From assembly GCA_963695095.1 (NCBI GenBank), contig CAVOFT010000001.1, forward strand, positions 3,168,001-3,232,000: a stretch of DNA of 64,000 nucleotides, written 5' to 3'. How positions within the stretch are numbered: position 1 is the first letter of the stretch; every line of letters starts with the position of its first letter. Shown one piece after another: positions 1 to 9,984 of this stretch. The notes beneath the pieces were generated by a model. The model saw only the letters and a program-made list of their open reading frames with translations, was not told the origin of the DNA and searched no databases. Made by a program: the position numbers and the translations under genes. The DNA comes from an uncultured bacterium (GTDB taxonomy: Bacteria > Krumholzibacteriota > Krumholzibacteriia > JACNKJ01).

Positions 1-540
1 GCGCAGGTCCACCCACCAGCTCAGGCCGAGCACGGCCAGCACCGGCAATTGCCAGGCGGCGAGCAGCTCCAGGCGATGCCCCTCGGTGAGAGCCAGGCTC
101 CGCGCCCGCGCCTCGGAGGGACTGAGGCCCTCGAAGAGCACGACGGCGTCGGCCAGGGCCCAGCGGGACAGGAGCCAGAGTCCCGGCACGATGAAGGCCA
201 CGAGGCCCACGCCCACGAGAATCTGGATGATCAGCCGATTGGCGAAGAGCAGGCCGTAGCGCCGCCAGGCCGCGGCCATCGCGCCCGCGTAGCCCGCCTT
301 CCCGCCGTAGAGCGACTCGCGCATGAGCGCGAAGAGCGCGCCGACAACGAGGGGCGCGCAGAGCAGGTCGTAGGCGAGGCCGATGGACAGCAGGGGCGGA
401 GACATCTCCTCCCAGCCGCGCTGCTCGACGAGGTAGTTCAGGAGCAGGTTGCCGGGCAGCCAGAGCGTGAGGACGATGAGGGCGGCGGCGACGCCCCGGC
501 CCAGGAGCAGCCGCGCCGCGGCGTCCAGCTTGTCGAACAT
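1..540 (-). CDS. Multi-pass membrane protein (YciC/DUF975-like), truncated by the window edge
   Basis: Not in the ORF track because it is open at the edge. My manual translation from ATG 540 (GGGAG upstream) gives MFDKLDAAARLLLGRGVAAALIVLTLWLPGNLLL...GLVAFIVPGLWLLSRWALADAVVLFEG..., with several hydrophobic helices. Confidence 0.7.
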   Translation of the reverse strand, partial: MFDKLDAAARLLLGRGVAAALIVLTLWLPGNLLLNYLVEQRGWEEMSPPLLSIGLAYDLLCAPLVVGALFALMRESLYGGKAGYAGAMAAAWRRYGLLFANRLIIQILVGVGLVAFIVPGLWLLSRWALADAVVLFEGLSPSEARARSLALTEGHRLELLAAWQLPVLAVLGLSWWVDLR

Positions 541-579
541 GCGCACTCCCGAGATGGCGGTCCCAGAGGCGAGACCCTA

Positions 580-1119
580 TCACGCGCCGCCGAACTTGTC
601 GCGGATCTCCTTGCTGAAGGGCTCCGAGGCGCCGCGGGCGATGCTGAGCGAGGACCAGCTCTCGGCCGTGTAGTGCTTGGCCAGCAGCACGATCTGCCCG
701 ACGTGGTAGGCCGTGTGCGCCAGGCTGCGGTGGAGCGCATTCTCGACGCTGTGCGGCTCGCCGCGGATGCTGACCTGGCGGCCTAGATCCCCTTCGCCGA
801 GGCCGTCCAGGGCCTCGATGAGCCGGGCCCAGCCGGCCTGCCAGGCGGCCATCAGCGAGTCTCGCGTGTCGTCCGGCTCGCGCTGGAACTCGCGGTCGCG
901 GTGGCGGTCCGGCTTGTCGCCGTCGCTGGTGAGGAAGTCCGTGAAGCGCGAGCGCAGGTTGCCGGCGACGTGCTTCACCAGAAGCGCGGAGCTGTTGGAC
1001 TCCCAGTCCAGGCTGCGGAAGAAGTCCTCATCGCCGAGACGTTCCAGGGCGCGCTCGGCGAGTTGCTTGTGCTCGAAAAAGCGCGCGCGCAGATCCGCGA
1101 GCGCGGGAGCGGTCGACAT
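580..1119 (-). CDS. DUF1572 / DinB-superfamily protein
   Basis: Motifs SNSSALLVKHVAGNLRSRFTDFLTSDGDKPDRHRDREF and HTAYHVGQIV are typical of DUF1572; GAGG upstream of ATG 1119. Confidence 0.85.
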   Translation of the reverse strand: MSTAPALADLRARFFEHKQLAERALERLGDEDFFRSLDWESNSSALLVKHVAGNLRSRFTDFLTSDGDKPDRHRDREFQREPDDTRDSLMAAWQAGWARLIEALDGLGEGDLGRQVSIRGEPHSVENALHRSLAHTAYHVGQIVLLAKHYTAESWSSLSIARGASEPFSKEIRDKFGGA

Positions 1120-1263
1120 AGCGACACCTCTGGGTGGCGGGAAGCCGACCGGAGTCTCGCAGCTTTGGGTGCTGAGCGCCAGACCAAAGGCCCGTGCTGT
1201 CACAGGGAGATCATATGATCGGGAGCGGGATTTCCGCGGCTGGCGGCGGGCCTGTCCGTCGGC

Positions 1264-1965
1264 TCAGTACAGGCTCTTGATGTGGCCCCAGCTGGTCGTC
1301 TGGGTGCCCGTGGAGCCGCAGCCCACGGGGAAAGCTCCCATCAGCACACCGCAGGTGTTGTTCGCGGGGGCGCAGGGCGAGTCCTTGCGCAGGGGGTAGT
1401 CCTCGGGCCCGGCGCCAGCGCAGAAGCGGGGATCGACGGAGATGTTGCCGTTGAGGCCGGTCTGGTCGAGCATCCCGGAGTAGTTGGCGGGCTGGTTAGC
1501 GAAGGCATCTGTGCACGTGACGAACGCGTAACCGCTGTACTCCGAGGAGAAGCAGGCAATGCCTCCTCCGACGGACGCAGCTTCGTTGCTCGCAACGATG
1601 CAGTTGTCGATATGGACCGTAGAGGGGCCGAACCACATCGGGCCAACCCAGACTCCACGAGTGTGTCCAGAATCCTGTGTAACTGACCCATCTCCGATCA
1701 CGCGCTAGATTCTCCCCGTCAAACACCACGCTGAAGTGATTCAGGGCCGCGACCGAGGCCAGCGACCGGCCGCTTCCAGGTCGTGCTCGCAGTAGGTACC
1801 GGCTGCGATGCTCACGGTGTCACCATAGCTCGCCGCAGCTAAGGCGGCCGCTATCGTCGCATAGTCCTCGGGCACATCAAGCGAAGCGGCGGCGGTCGGC
1901 GCTGCGCGAACCGAGGCCACTAGCATCAGCACGAGTGCCGGTCCAGCGAAGGACCCCTTGCTCAT
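1264..1965 (-). pseudogene. Fragmented secreted beta-helix-type protein with C-terminal TSWGHIKSLY tail
   Basis: Signal peptide plus LDVPEDYATIAAALAAASYGDTVSIAAGTY in 1741-1965; C-terminal part (NGNISVDPRFC...DSPCAPANNTCGVLMGA...TSWGHIKSLY) in 1264-1701. The halves are separated by stops and the middle appears deleted. Confidence 0.7.
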
Positions 1966-2453
1966 GGTGCCTCCGCCGATACTGCGGAGAGCCGAAGCTC
2001 GCCTGCTGCGATCAAGGGCGAGCACTCGCAGACGATGTCACCGCACTCAAAGGCGAGCACGAGGATTGCGTTCTGTGGACCCGTCCAGTCCATGTGCAGC
2101 TTCCCGATCTCGGCATGGAAGGCGCTCTCTCCCTCGGTGGGGAAGAAGAGGCCCGTCATGCCGCTTGCCGGATTCAATGTCAGCTCCCAGTCAGTCGGCA
2201 GCTCGGTCCAGAGGCTGGCGGCCGAGAGGCTCAACTCCCCCAATGCCCCAGGGCATGCCACCGCTAAGTGCAGATCCGCCGCTCGTCGTGCGCTGGCGGC
2301 GTTATCCGGCACCTCAATTGTCGCATAGGCGATCCGGTGGCCGCTAGTCGCCACCTCGGTGAATGTCAGCGGCTGCTCCGTGACCAGCAGCTCCGTCTGG
2401 GCAGCCCCCGCCAGTGGCAGAAGCAGCGCCCCGATCGTCAATCCCTTGCTCAT
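1962..2453 (-). CDS. Hypothetical secreted protein whose ribosome-binding site is displaced by the IS insertion
   Basis: MSKGLTIGALLLPLAGAAQ signal-like N-terminus; ATG abuts the IS end; stop overlaps the next start (ATGA). Confidence 0.65.
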   Translation of the reverse strand: MSKGLTIGALLLPLAGAAQTELLVTEQPLTFTEVATSGHRIAYATIEVPDNAASARRAADLHLAVACPGALGELSLSAASLWTELPTDWELTLNPASGMTGLFFPTEGESAFHAEIGKLHMDWTGPQNAILVLAFECGDIVCECSPLIAAGELRLSAVSAEAP

Positions 2454-2581
2454 TGTCAAGCGACACCCAGTTTCCCGCAGTAACGCGACACCCAGATTCC
2501 CGCACCCTCTCCTCGGTGAAGTGACGGAACGACAGTCGCTTGTCGGCTCACCTCCTGCGTTGGGCGACATCCAGCCTCCCC

Positions 2582-3363
2582 TCAGCCCTGCCGGTTGACC
2601 GCCTGCTCGAGGTCTCGCAGCCGGTAGCTGCGGCCCTTGATGTTCAGCACGTGGCTGTTGTGCAGGAGCCGGTCGAGGATGGCGGTCGCCAGCACCTCGT
2701 CCCCGGCCAGGATCTCCGGCCAGTCCTTGATGCCCTTGTTGGTCGTGATCAGGATGCTGCCCCGCTGGTAGCGATGGCTCACCAGGCGGAAGAAGAGGCT
2801 CGCTTCCTGCCGGCTCATCGGCTCGAAGCCCACCTCGTCAATCACCAGGAGGCTCGAGGCGAGGTACTTCTTTCGGCGCAAGCGCGCGCTGGCGAGGTCA
2901 GCGTCGCGCTTCAGGGCGACGAGCAGATCCTCGAGCCGGGAGAAGTGCACGCCGAAGCCGTGCTCGATGGCTTTGACACCCAGGGCCACGGCGAGGTGGG
3001 TCTTGCCCACACCGGGCGGCCCCTGGATCAAGAGCGTGCGGTTCTCGCGGATCCACTGGCAGGTGGCCAGGGTCTCGATGCGGCTGCGCTCGACGCTGGG
3101 CTGGAAGCTGAAGTCGAAGCTGGCCAGGGTCTGCCCGGTGGGCAGCCCCGACAAGCGCAGGCTCGTGCGAATGCGGCGCTCCTCCCGCCAGCCAAGCTCG
3201 GCATCGAGAAGGGCATCGAGGAAGGCGTGGGGCGCGCTGCCCTCCTTGACGGCCTCGGCGATGAGCACGTCCAGGTGATCGGCGGCGCGCACGAGGCCGA
3301 GCTGACCAAGGCGCATCCGGGTCGGTCCAGGTCCAGGGCGGGCTTGACGGCTTTGGTGGTCAT
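2582..3363 (-). CDS. istB: IS21 helper ATPase IstB (1-nt frameshift near 3322)
   Basis: Walker A GPPGVGKTHLA, Walker B LLVIDEVG, ILITTNK, AILDRLLH, IKGRSYRL. The N-terminus MTTKAVKPALDLDR lies in another frame and overlaps the istA stop. Confidence 0.92.
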
Positions 3364-4616
3364 CGGGCCACCTCCGCCAGGGCGGCATAGAGGTCCAGCG
3401 GCCGCTGCTGCGGCGCCATCTGGGCGATCTCCTGGAGCCGCCTGCCCATCCGGCCCAGCGGCGTCGGCGCGAGCACTGTGGCCGTGCTCTCTCCCTCGTA
3501 GTGCGCCGGGTCGATGAGGATCCGCTCGCGCCCCTGACGAGGATGCTCGGCGACGAGGCTGCCATCAGCGACGACCTGAACGACCTGGGCACAGCCTCGT
3601 AGCTCAACCCGCTGGCCGAGGAAACGAAAGGGCACCGAGTAGCGCCGGCCCTCGAAGGCAACCGTGCAGTCGGGCGCCACTGGGCGGGTCGCGACGAGGT
3701 CGAAGGGCTCGGGCAGGAGCGGTAGTGGCGCCAGGAAAGGCAGCTCGGCCTGCCAGGCGGCCAGCACGCTCGTGCCGGTCGCCGGGCAGATCCTGCGCTC
3801 GGCCTCTTGCAGGCTTTGCTGATCGGTCCAGGCCTGCAGCTCGCTCCAGCTCTCCCAGTGGCGGCCCGTGACCGCGGCCCAGAGGCGGTCGCCGCGGATG
3901 CCCCGCTCCACTTTGCCTTTGTACTCGGGACGCCGGGGCGGGCACGCGTCGATGTGGAAGCGCACTGTCGCCGCATAGCGCCGATAGCTGGGATTGAGCT
4001 CGCCCCAGGGGCCAGCGCCTCGAGCAACGGCGCTGCGCTCGTTATCGACGCGCACGGTGGCCGGCACGCCGCCCAAGCGGCGAAAGGCCGCGTTGTGGAC
4101 CTGGTGCCAAGCGAGCTGGTCTTTGCGCGGCGACCAGACGCGCACACCGTAGCGGCTGTGGCTCAGTCGCAGGTGGAACTGGTAGGCGTAGACCGGCCGG
4201 TCGGCGATCCACAGGCGCGGCCACTCGGCCCAGTCCGCCTGGCCCTGGGCGCCGGGCGGCGTTTCCACCCGCCGGCGCGCCCGCTGGGCGGGCGCCGGGT
4301 AGTGAGCGCGGAAGTAGCGCTGCAGACCGCGCAGGGAGCCGGGGAAGCCGTGCTCGGCGACCAGCCAGTCGTGGAGGGCGGTCAGATTGAGCGGACCCTC
4401 GGCGAGGGCCTCGAGGTAGCAAGTGATCGCCTCGGCCCAGCCGTCGGCCAAACGCTTCTGCTGGGCTCGGCCATCGGTGGCGCCAAGGGCCTGCCGGTGG
4501 AGGTGATAGCGGACGGTGCTCTCATCGACGCCGAGGATCTCGGCGATCCGGCGTCGACTCTGGCCGCGCTCGGCCAGGTGCTTGAGACTCATGCGTGCCT
4601 CCTGCGTGAGCGTCAC
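3360..4616 (-). CDS. istA: IS21 DDE transposase IstA
   Basis: N-terminal HTH, RVETPPGAQGQADW, VDNERSAV, KGKVERGI, RYSVP; GGAGG before the GTG start. Confidence 0.95.
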   Translation of the reverse strand: MTLTQEARMSLKHLAERGQSRRRIAEILGVDESTVRYHLHRQALGATDGRAQQKRLADGWAEAITCYLEALAEGPLNLTALHDWLVAEHGFPGSLRGLQRYFRAHYPAPAQRARRRVETPPGAQGQADWAEWPRLWIADRPVYAYQFHLRLSHSRYGVRVWSPRKDQLAWHQVHNAAFRRLGGVPATVRVDNERSAVARGAGPWGELNPSYRRYAATVRFHIDACPPRRPEYKGKVERGIRGDRLWAAVTGRHWESWSELQAWTDQQSLQEAERRICPATGTSVLAAWQAELPFLAPLPLLPEPFDLVATRPVAPDCTVAFEGRRYSVPFRFLGQRVELRGCAQVVQVVADGSLVAEHPRQGRERILIDPAHYEGESTATVLAPTPLGRMGRRLQEIAQMAPQQRPLDLYAALAEVAR

Positions 4617-4764
4617 GGCCGGCCCTCCTCCCGCGAAAGGCGGGAGTCTGCCGGACCGGCGACACGATGTCAGGAGGAGGGGTGCGGGAATCTGGGTGTC
4701 GCGCTAGCCCCAGGATAGGCCGTCGCGCTACACTCATGGCTCCTCCTTCTCCTGGTGGTGGGTT

Positions 4765-6286
4765 CTACTTGACGAGGGTGGCCTTCACCACTTCCTCGCG
4801 GTCCCGGAAGTTGAACCGGCAGAGGTGCATGCCCGAGGGCAGGGCCTCGCCGGCGTCGTTCTTGCCGTTGAACTCGATCCGCTGCTCGCCGCTCGGGAGC
4901 GCCCTGTCCAGGAGCTGGCGCACGACCCGGCCCCGGATATCGTAGACCGTCGCTCGAACCAGCCCGCCCCCGCGGGGAACCGTGATCGTGAACTCGATGA
5001 CCGGATTGAAGGGATTGGGGTAGTTCCGGCCTACCGTGAAGGGCGGGCTGGGCTCCTCCACCAGGACCATGAAGTCCGGCGGTGGCGTCAGGTTGGGATC
5101 CACGAGCAGGGGGAAGAGCGCATCCACGCGGCCCCGGTTGCTCTTGACTGGTGGTCCGGAGGGGTTACCCCACCAGCACTTCCGCGCCTGGACGGTACCG
5201 GAGTAGTGGAAGTTGCAGACGTTGAGCTTCTCGTTATCCTCGAAGATATTGTAGCCGCCCATGGCCAGCGGCGGATCTTCCTGATAATAGCCGAAGAACA
5301 TGAGGTTGTCGCTCCACGCAGTATTCACAGCAGCATAGTAGCAGTCCGTGAAGCTCGAGTACTCGGCGGTGAAGCGCCCCGAGCCTGGAGGCTAGCGCCT
5401 ACCGTGTAGCCGCGCACCGTCAGCCCGGTTGCTTTGACCATGCCGCCCTGGACATCCACGCCCAGCTCACCGCGATCGATCCCCTGCGGATCGTAGGCGT
5501 GCTCGACGAGGACAGTGTCGAGGAAGAGCGTATCCGCGGTGCCGCCCACCGCGCGGATGGCGACCTCGGCGTCGCGGAAGATGGAGTTCTCGACAAACAC
5601 ATGGTTCCCGCCTCCCTCGAGTTGAAGCGGCGGCAGGGGCGACGCCGTTCCCAGCACGTGCTCAAACTTGCACCACTCCAGGTGGGCATTGTCCCCGGGG
5701 ATCACCGTCCAGCCCGACTCGAAGGTGCAGCCCCGGAGCCAGGCGTCCTCTACGGAGACCAGCACCGCGCTCTCCGTGCCCGGATCTGTGAACGTGCAAC
5801 CGCGCACCAGGGTTGAATCCGCGCTCTCTGACCCGATGAAGCTGAGGGCGGAGAAGCCGACAAAGGTGCAGCGTTCGAGGCTTACCGGCTGCGAGTTATC
5901 GGGTCCAAGCTGGCGGAAGACGAGCTCGGCCGCACCTTCGGCATCCGGGCCGAAGGAGACGAACTGAACGGGCGATCCGGTGGTGCCCGCTGCGCGGATT
6001 CGCCGGCCGAGATCTCGACGTGCTGCGGGTCGATGCCGGCGGCCTCGTTGTCGAAATTCGCGATGTAGACCGTCGTGCCCGGCGCGATGGTCAGCATGGC
6101 GCCCTCAGGCACAACGTAGTCCCCGGAGACCCAGATCTCGCCGCTCCATACGACACCGGGCAATTCGCTGTCGCGGGGACCGCCCCATTCCGTCAAAGAG
6201 CGGTAAGGGTTGATCAGACCGGCGCCAAGAACATCGGCCAGAGGGGCTCCGGCTCCGCGTACTTCACCGCTGCTTGGAAAGTACAT
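4765..6286 (-). pseudogene. Decayed C-terminal part of a secreted protein (probable S8 peptidase end, beta-helix region, FlgD-Ig CTD)
   Basis: Three consecutive out-of-frame fragments (5882-6286, 5325-~6000, 4765-5328). LGAGLINPY resembles a subtilase C-terminus. Ends NYPNPFNP...LPSGMHLCRF...KATLVK. No signal peptide or catalytic N-terminus. Confidence 0.7.
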
Positions 6287-6496
6287 TCATGGAATCACTG
6301 CCAGGAACTGCTGGTTATTCGTTAGCTAGCTAACGTTTATCTTGGCATGGCCTTGCCTGTACGACAGGCAGCGTCTAGTCCGCTCTGCTCGGATACTTAC
6401 ACCGTTGCCTGAGGCCTGGACGGCACCAGAAGCGCGACGACGCGGGGTTCCTCGCCGCTGTACAGCACGCAAGCTCCACGACAGAGCTGGGTGCGT

Positions 6497-9325
6497 CTAC
6501 TTGATCAAGATCAGCTTCTCGCTCGCCGTGAAGGTCCCCGCCTCCAGGCGCACGAAGTAGACCCCGCTGGCCAGAGGTCGGCCCGCCGCATCGCGGCCAT
6601 CCCAGCGCAGGCTCCCCGGGCCGGCGGCAGCCGGGCCATCGAAGAGCAGCGCGAGGCGGCGGCCCGCCAGATCCAGCACTTCCAGGCGCAGCGCGCCGGC
6701 GGCTGGCAGAGACCAGGCGATCGTGGTCGCCGGATTGAAGGGGTTGGGCCAGGCGCCGAGCGCCACCGTTGCGGCCGGCGCCGCATCAGGCGCGGCCGTC
6801 ACGATGCTGCCCGTGAAGAAGCTGAGGTCGTCCAGCCAGAAGCCATCGCCCGTGACGCCTCCATCGGAACCGAAGTCGAAGCGAAAGCGCGTGGCCGCGG
6901 TGAGATGCTCGCTGAGGACGAAGACCACCGGCTCCCAGTCGCTGCTCGTGCCCGACCAGCCGGGCGCGTTGCCGAGCCCGCCGAGCAGGATGTCCGTGTA
7001 GCCCGTCTGCGGCGCTAGCGGATACCAGGTGCCGGCCTCTTCCACCTGCACGCGCACGCCGTCGAAGCCGGCCTCCGTGCCGCGCCAGATGTGGAAGCTG
7101 AGCAGGAGCTGATCGGCGGCAGCGAAATCGTAGGCCGGGCTGAGCAGGCTGCCGGCCACGTCGTCGCCGTAGTCGGCCGCTTGCCCCACGCCCCAGCACT
7201 TGCTGCCGGAGAAGGCCGCGGGCGGGCCGCCGTCCACGGGCGTGCCCCAGCTCCAGAGGGGATCGCCCGAGATCGTGAAGCCGCCGTTCGTGGCCTCGAA
7301 GGTTTCATCCGCATCGGGCAGGACCAGGGTGTAGGCGAGGAACGCGCGCGTGCCGCTGCCCAGCAGGCCGAGGTCCCAGCCGCCCAGCCAACCCGCGCCG
7401 TGGCCCGGCAGCCCGCCAAGCAAGAGCGGGAAGTCCACGCCCTCGGGCGCGCCCTGGAGGGCGAAGATGCCTTCGCCGTCCGTGAGCGCGGCGGCCAGCG
7501 GCGTGTCCACGGCTTCGACCCGCACGCCGGCCAGGGGCGCCGCGGCTTCGCTCTTCACGCGGCCGCTCAGCTCCACGAGGGGCAGCGGCGTCATCGCCAG
7601 GTCGAGCAGCTCGTCCTCGCCGTCGGCGAGCGCGACGCCCGTGGCCAGCGGCGCGTGGAAGAAGTCCGCGAGCGCGAGCGTGTAGCTGCCCGCCGCCAGC
7701 ACGAAGGTGTAGTGTCCGCTTGCATCCGTGCTGCCGAAGGCGCCGGTCTCGGCCACCTCGATGGCGACATCCGCGAGCGGCAGCCCGCTGACGGCATCCG
7801 TCACCGTGCCGCTCACGCGCCCGATGCCGGTGGCCTCGACATGTGCCCAGGCGGCAACCAGGTCGGGCCGCGGGCCGATGTGGATCGCCGGGCTGTTCTG
7901 CGGCGTGCCCGTGGCGACGAGGATCTCGCGCGCGAGCGTGGCGTCCAGGCTGAAGCCGTAGGCGCTCTCCACCATGCCCTGCAGCGCGGCCACCGAGCCC
8001 GTCACGATGGGCGAAGCGCTCGAGGTGCCGCTGAAGCTGTCCGTGTACCACTCCTCCTCGGGCAGGGGATCGCCCTGCAGGGTGCCGTAGCCGCAGCTCA
8101 CCACCGAGTAGCCCCAGCCGTGCAGATCCACGCGGCTGCCGTAGTTCGTGAAGGAGGCCGGATCCAGCGAGGAACCGGAGGTCGCCCCGCACATGATGGC
8201 GCCCGAGTCGCGCAGGTTGCGATCGAAGAGGCCCATGTAGACGGCATCGTCCAGGTCCTGGCTGCCGTTGCCCGCCGCCTCGCAGACGATGCGGCCCATG
8301 GCCGTCGCCGTGCGGATGGCGTCGAAGTTGTCCTGCCAGAACTCCATCGGCACGTAGCCGAACTGGCCCGAGCCGTTGGCGTTGGGCCCCGGCGCGTGCA
8401 GCTCGATGAGCTCGAGGTCGCCGGGCTCCAGGGCCAGCGCGCCGTTGAGAATGGCGTCGGCCACCGACTGGTTGCCGATCGAGGAGGCCCCCACCGCCGA
8501 CTGCGGCACGATGCCGCGCACGCCGAAGCCGTTGTCCGTGCCGCGGAGTTCGCCGAGCACGGCCGTGCCGTGGTTGCGCCAGCTCAGGCTCGCGATCTGC
8601 GCGCCGATCTCGACGAGGGGCGCCGGCAGGTCCTCGTGGCTCCAGAGCCAGCCGCCCTCGATGTCGACGATGCTCACGCTCGCGCCCAGGGCCCCGGGCT
8701 CGGGGGCCATGGACCAGGCGCCCACGCCCAGGGGCGCGTCGTCGAGGTAGCCCTGCTGGTCGCTGAAGTCGGGCGTGTCGCGGTCGCCGCCGGCGGCGCG
8801 GCCCGCCGCGGCGCCTGCCGGCGACCCGCCCCCGGGGGCGGGCACGTCCCCGGTGAAGGCGTCGAAGCCGAGCGCGGCGGGTACCGCCACGGGCTCCAGC
8901 CAGGCGACAGCCACGGCGGGATCGGCGGCGAGTAGCGCGAGCAGGGAGAGGCCGGCCGCGCGGTCGCCGGGCGCGAAGGCGCCCTCGAGCTGGGCGTAGC
9001 GCGCGAGGTCGGGCAGGGCCTCGCCGCGCGCGTCGCGGGCGCCGGCGCGCAGGGCGTCGAGCACGGCAAGCGGCGCGCTGAAGCGAGGCGCGAGCTGGCT
9101 GTCGGGGGCAAGCGCGGCGAGCCGCGCCGCGAAGGCCTCCGCGCGGCCGGCCTCGCGCGAAACCGGCCCCGCCGCATCCATGCGCAGACCCTCGGCGAGC
9201 TGCAGCACGATGCGACCGGAGGGGGCCGGTGTCTGGAGCGCCGGGTCGCCCCCGGGGGCGGCGGCGGCGAGAACGGGCAGGGCCAGGCTCAGGCAGAGGG
9301 CAAGCAGGCGGGCGAGGCGGCGCAT
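6497..9325 (-). CDS. Secreted S8 subtilase with carboxypeptidase-regulatory-like repeats, jelly-roll domain and FlgD-Ig/T9SS-like CTD
   Basis: Signal peptide MRRLARLLALCLSLALP; triad IVDIEGG / NHGTAV / FSGTSSASP; AAGNG; WPNPFNP...SGVYFVRL...KLILIK. Confidence 0.9.
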   Translation of the reverse strand: MRRLARLLALCLSLALPVLAAAAPGGDPALQTPAPSGRIVLQLAEGLRMDAAGPVSREAGRAEAFAARLAALAPDSQLAPRFSAPLAVLDALRAGARDARGEALPDLARYAQLEGAFAPGDRAAGLSLLALLAADPAVAVAWLEPVAVPAALGFDAFTGDVPAPGGGSPAGAAAGRAAGGDRDTPDFSDQQGYLDDAPLGVGAWSMAPEPGALGASVSIVDIEGGWLWSHEDLPAPLVEIGAQIASLSWRNHGTAVLGELRGTDNGFGVRGIVPQSAVGASSIGNQSVADAILNGALALEPGDLELIELHAPGPNANGSGQFGYVPMEFWQDNFDAIRTATAMGRIVCEAAGNGSQDLDDAVYMGLFDRNLRDSGAIMCGATSGSSLDPASFTNYGSRVDLHGWGYSVVSCGYGTLQGDPLPEEEWYTDSFSGTSSASPIVTGSVAALQGMVESAYGFSLDATLAREILVATGTPQNSPAIHIGPRPDLVAAWAHVEATGIGRVSGTVTDAVSGLPLADVAIEVAETGAFGSTDASGHYTFVLAAGSYTLALADFFHAPLATGVALADGEDELLDLAMTPLPLVELSGRVKSEAAAPLAGVRVEAVDTPLAAALTDGEGIFALQGAPEGVDFPLLLGGLPGHGAGWLGGWDLGLLGSGTRAFLAYTLVLPDADETFEATNGGFTISGDPLWSWGTPVDGGPPAAFSGSKCWGVGQAADYGDDVAGSLLSPAYDFAAADQLLLSFHIWRGTEAGFDGVRVQVEEAGTWYPLAPQTGYTDILLGGLGNAPGWSGTSSDWEPVVFVLSEHLTAATRFRFDFGSDGGVTGDGFWLDDLSFFTGSIVTAAPDAAPAATVALGAWPNPFNPATTIAWSLPAAGALRLEVLDLAGRRLALLFDGPAAAGPGSLRWDGRDAAGRPLASGVYFVRLEAGTFTASEKLILIK

Positions 9326-9456
9326 GGCGGTCCTTGGGGCCGCGCGCCTGAGGAGGCCGCGGCGCGGTGAGGGGTGGTGGCTGTTCATTATAACCCATTG
9401 ATGGGCCGCGGCCCAAGCGCCGCCGGCGCCCCCCGTCGGCGCAGCGCGACCGGCCG

Positions 9457-9984
9457 CTAGAGCCGATAGCGCTCCCTGAGCACGCCCAAATGGTGCGCCT
9501 CGTGCCCCGCGATGATCCAGCCCAGGGCCCGCACGGTGAACTCGCCCTGGTTCGCCCGCCCCCGTCGCTCGAGCTGGGCAGCGTCGAAACCGTCGAAGAG
9601 CGCGATCGTCGCCTCGCGCACGCGGCGCAACTCCTCGCGCAGGGCGGGCCAGGGTCGCGCGTCGAAGCCGGCGGCGGCCACGTAGGCGTTCTCGTCGAAT
9701 CCCGGCAGCTCGGCCGTCTCCCCGCGGGCAATGCACAGCGCCCGCATGGCCAGGATGCGCTCGCTGTCGGCGAGATGCCCCAGCACTTCCTTGATGCTCC
9801 ACTTGCCCGGCGCGTAGCGGGCCAGGGACTGCTCTTCGGTGAGGCCTTCCAGCAGGGTAAAGGTTTCGGCGAGCTGGCGCCCGAAGACGGCCGGCGGCTT
9901 GCCCACCCGCACCTGCTCGACATAGCGCGTGTAGTAGGCCGGATGCTCGTCGGCGGCCGGGCGCCGGCTCCAGAGGGTACTCAT
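9457..9984 (-). CDS. DinB-family protein
   Basis: YAPGKWSIKEVLGHLADSERI, LPGFDENAY, IIAGHEAHH. Confidence 0.88.
   Translation of the reverse strand: MSTLWSRRPAADEHPAYYTRYVEQVRVGKPPAVFGRQLAETFTLLEGLTEEQSLARYAPGKWSIKEVLGHLADSERILAMRALCIARGETAELPGFDENAYVAAAGFDARPWPALREELRRVREATIALFDGFDAAQLERRGRANQGEFTVRALGWIIAGHEAHHLGVLRERYRL

Larger units (their letters stand above)
2454..4732 (-). mobile_element. IS21-family insertion sequence (istA-istB)
   Basis: TGT...ACA ends. Subterminal repeats GCGACACCCAG(T/A)TTCCCGCA occur twice at the left end and inverted near 4683-4702. Direct repeat CTCAT at 2449-2453 and 4733-4737. Confidence 0.93.

Noticed and set aside
3310..3335. Programmed frameshift in istB
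   Set aside because: There is no slippery heptamer; a single missing base fits the window-wide indel pattern or simple inactivation.
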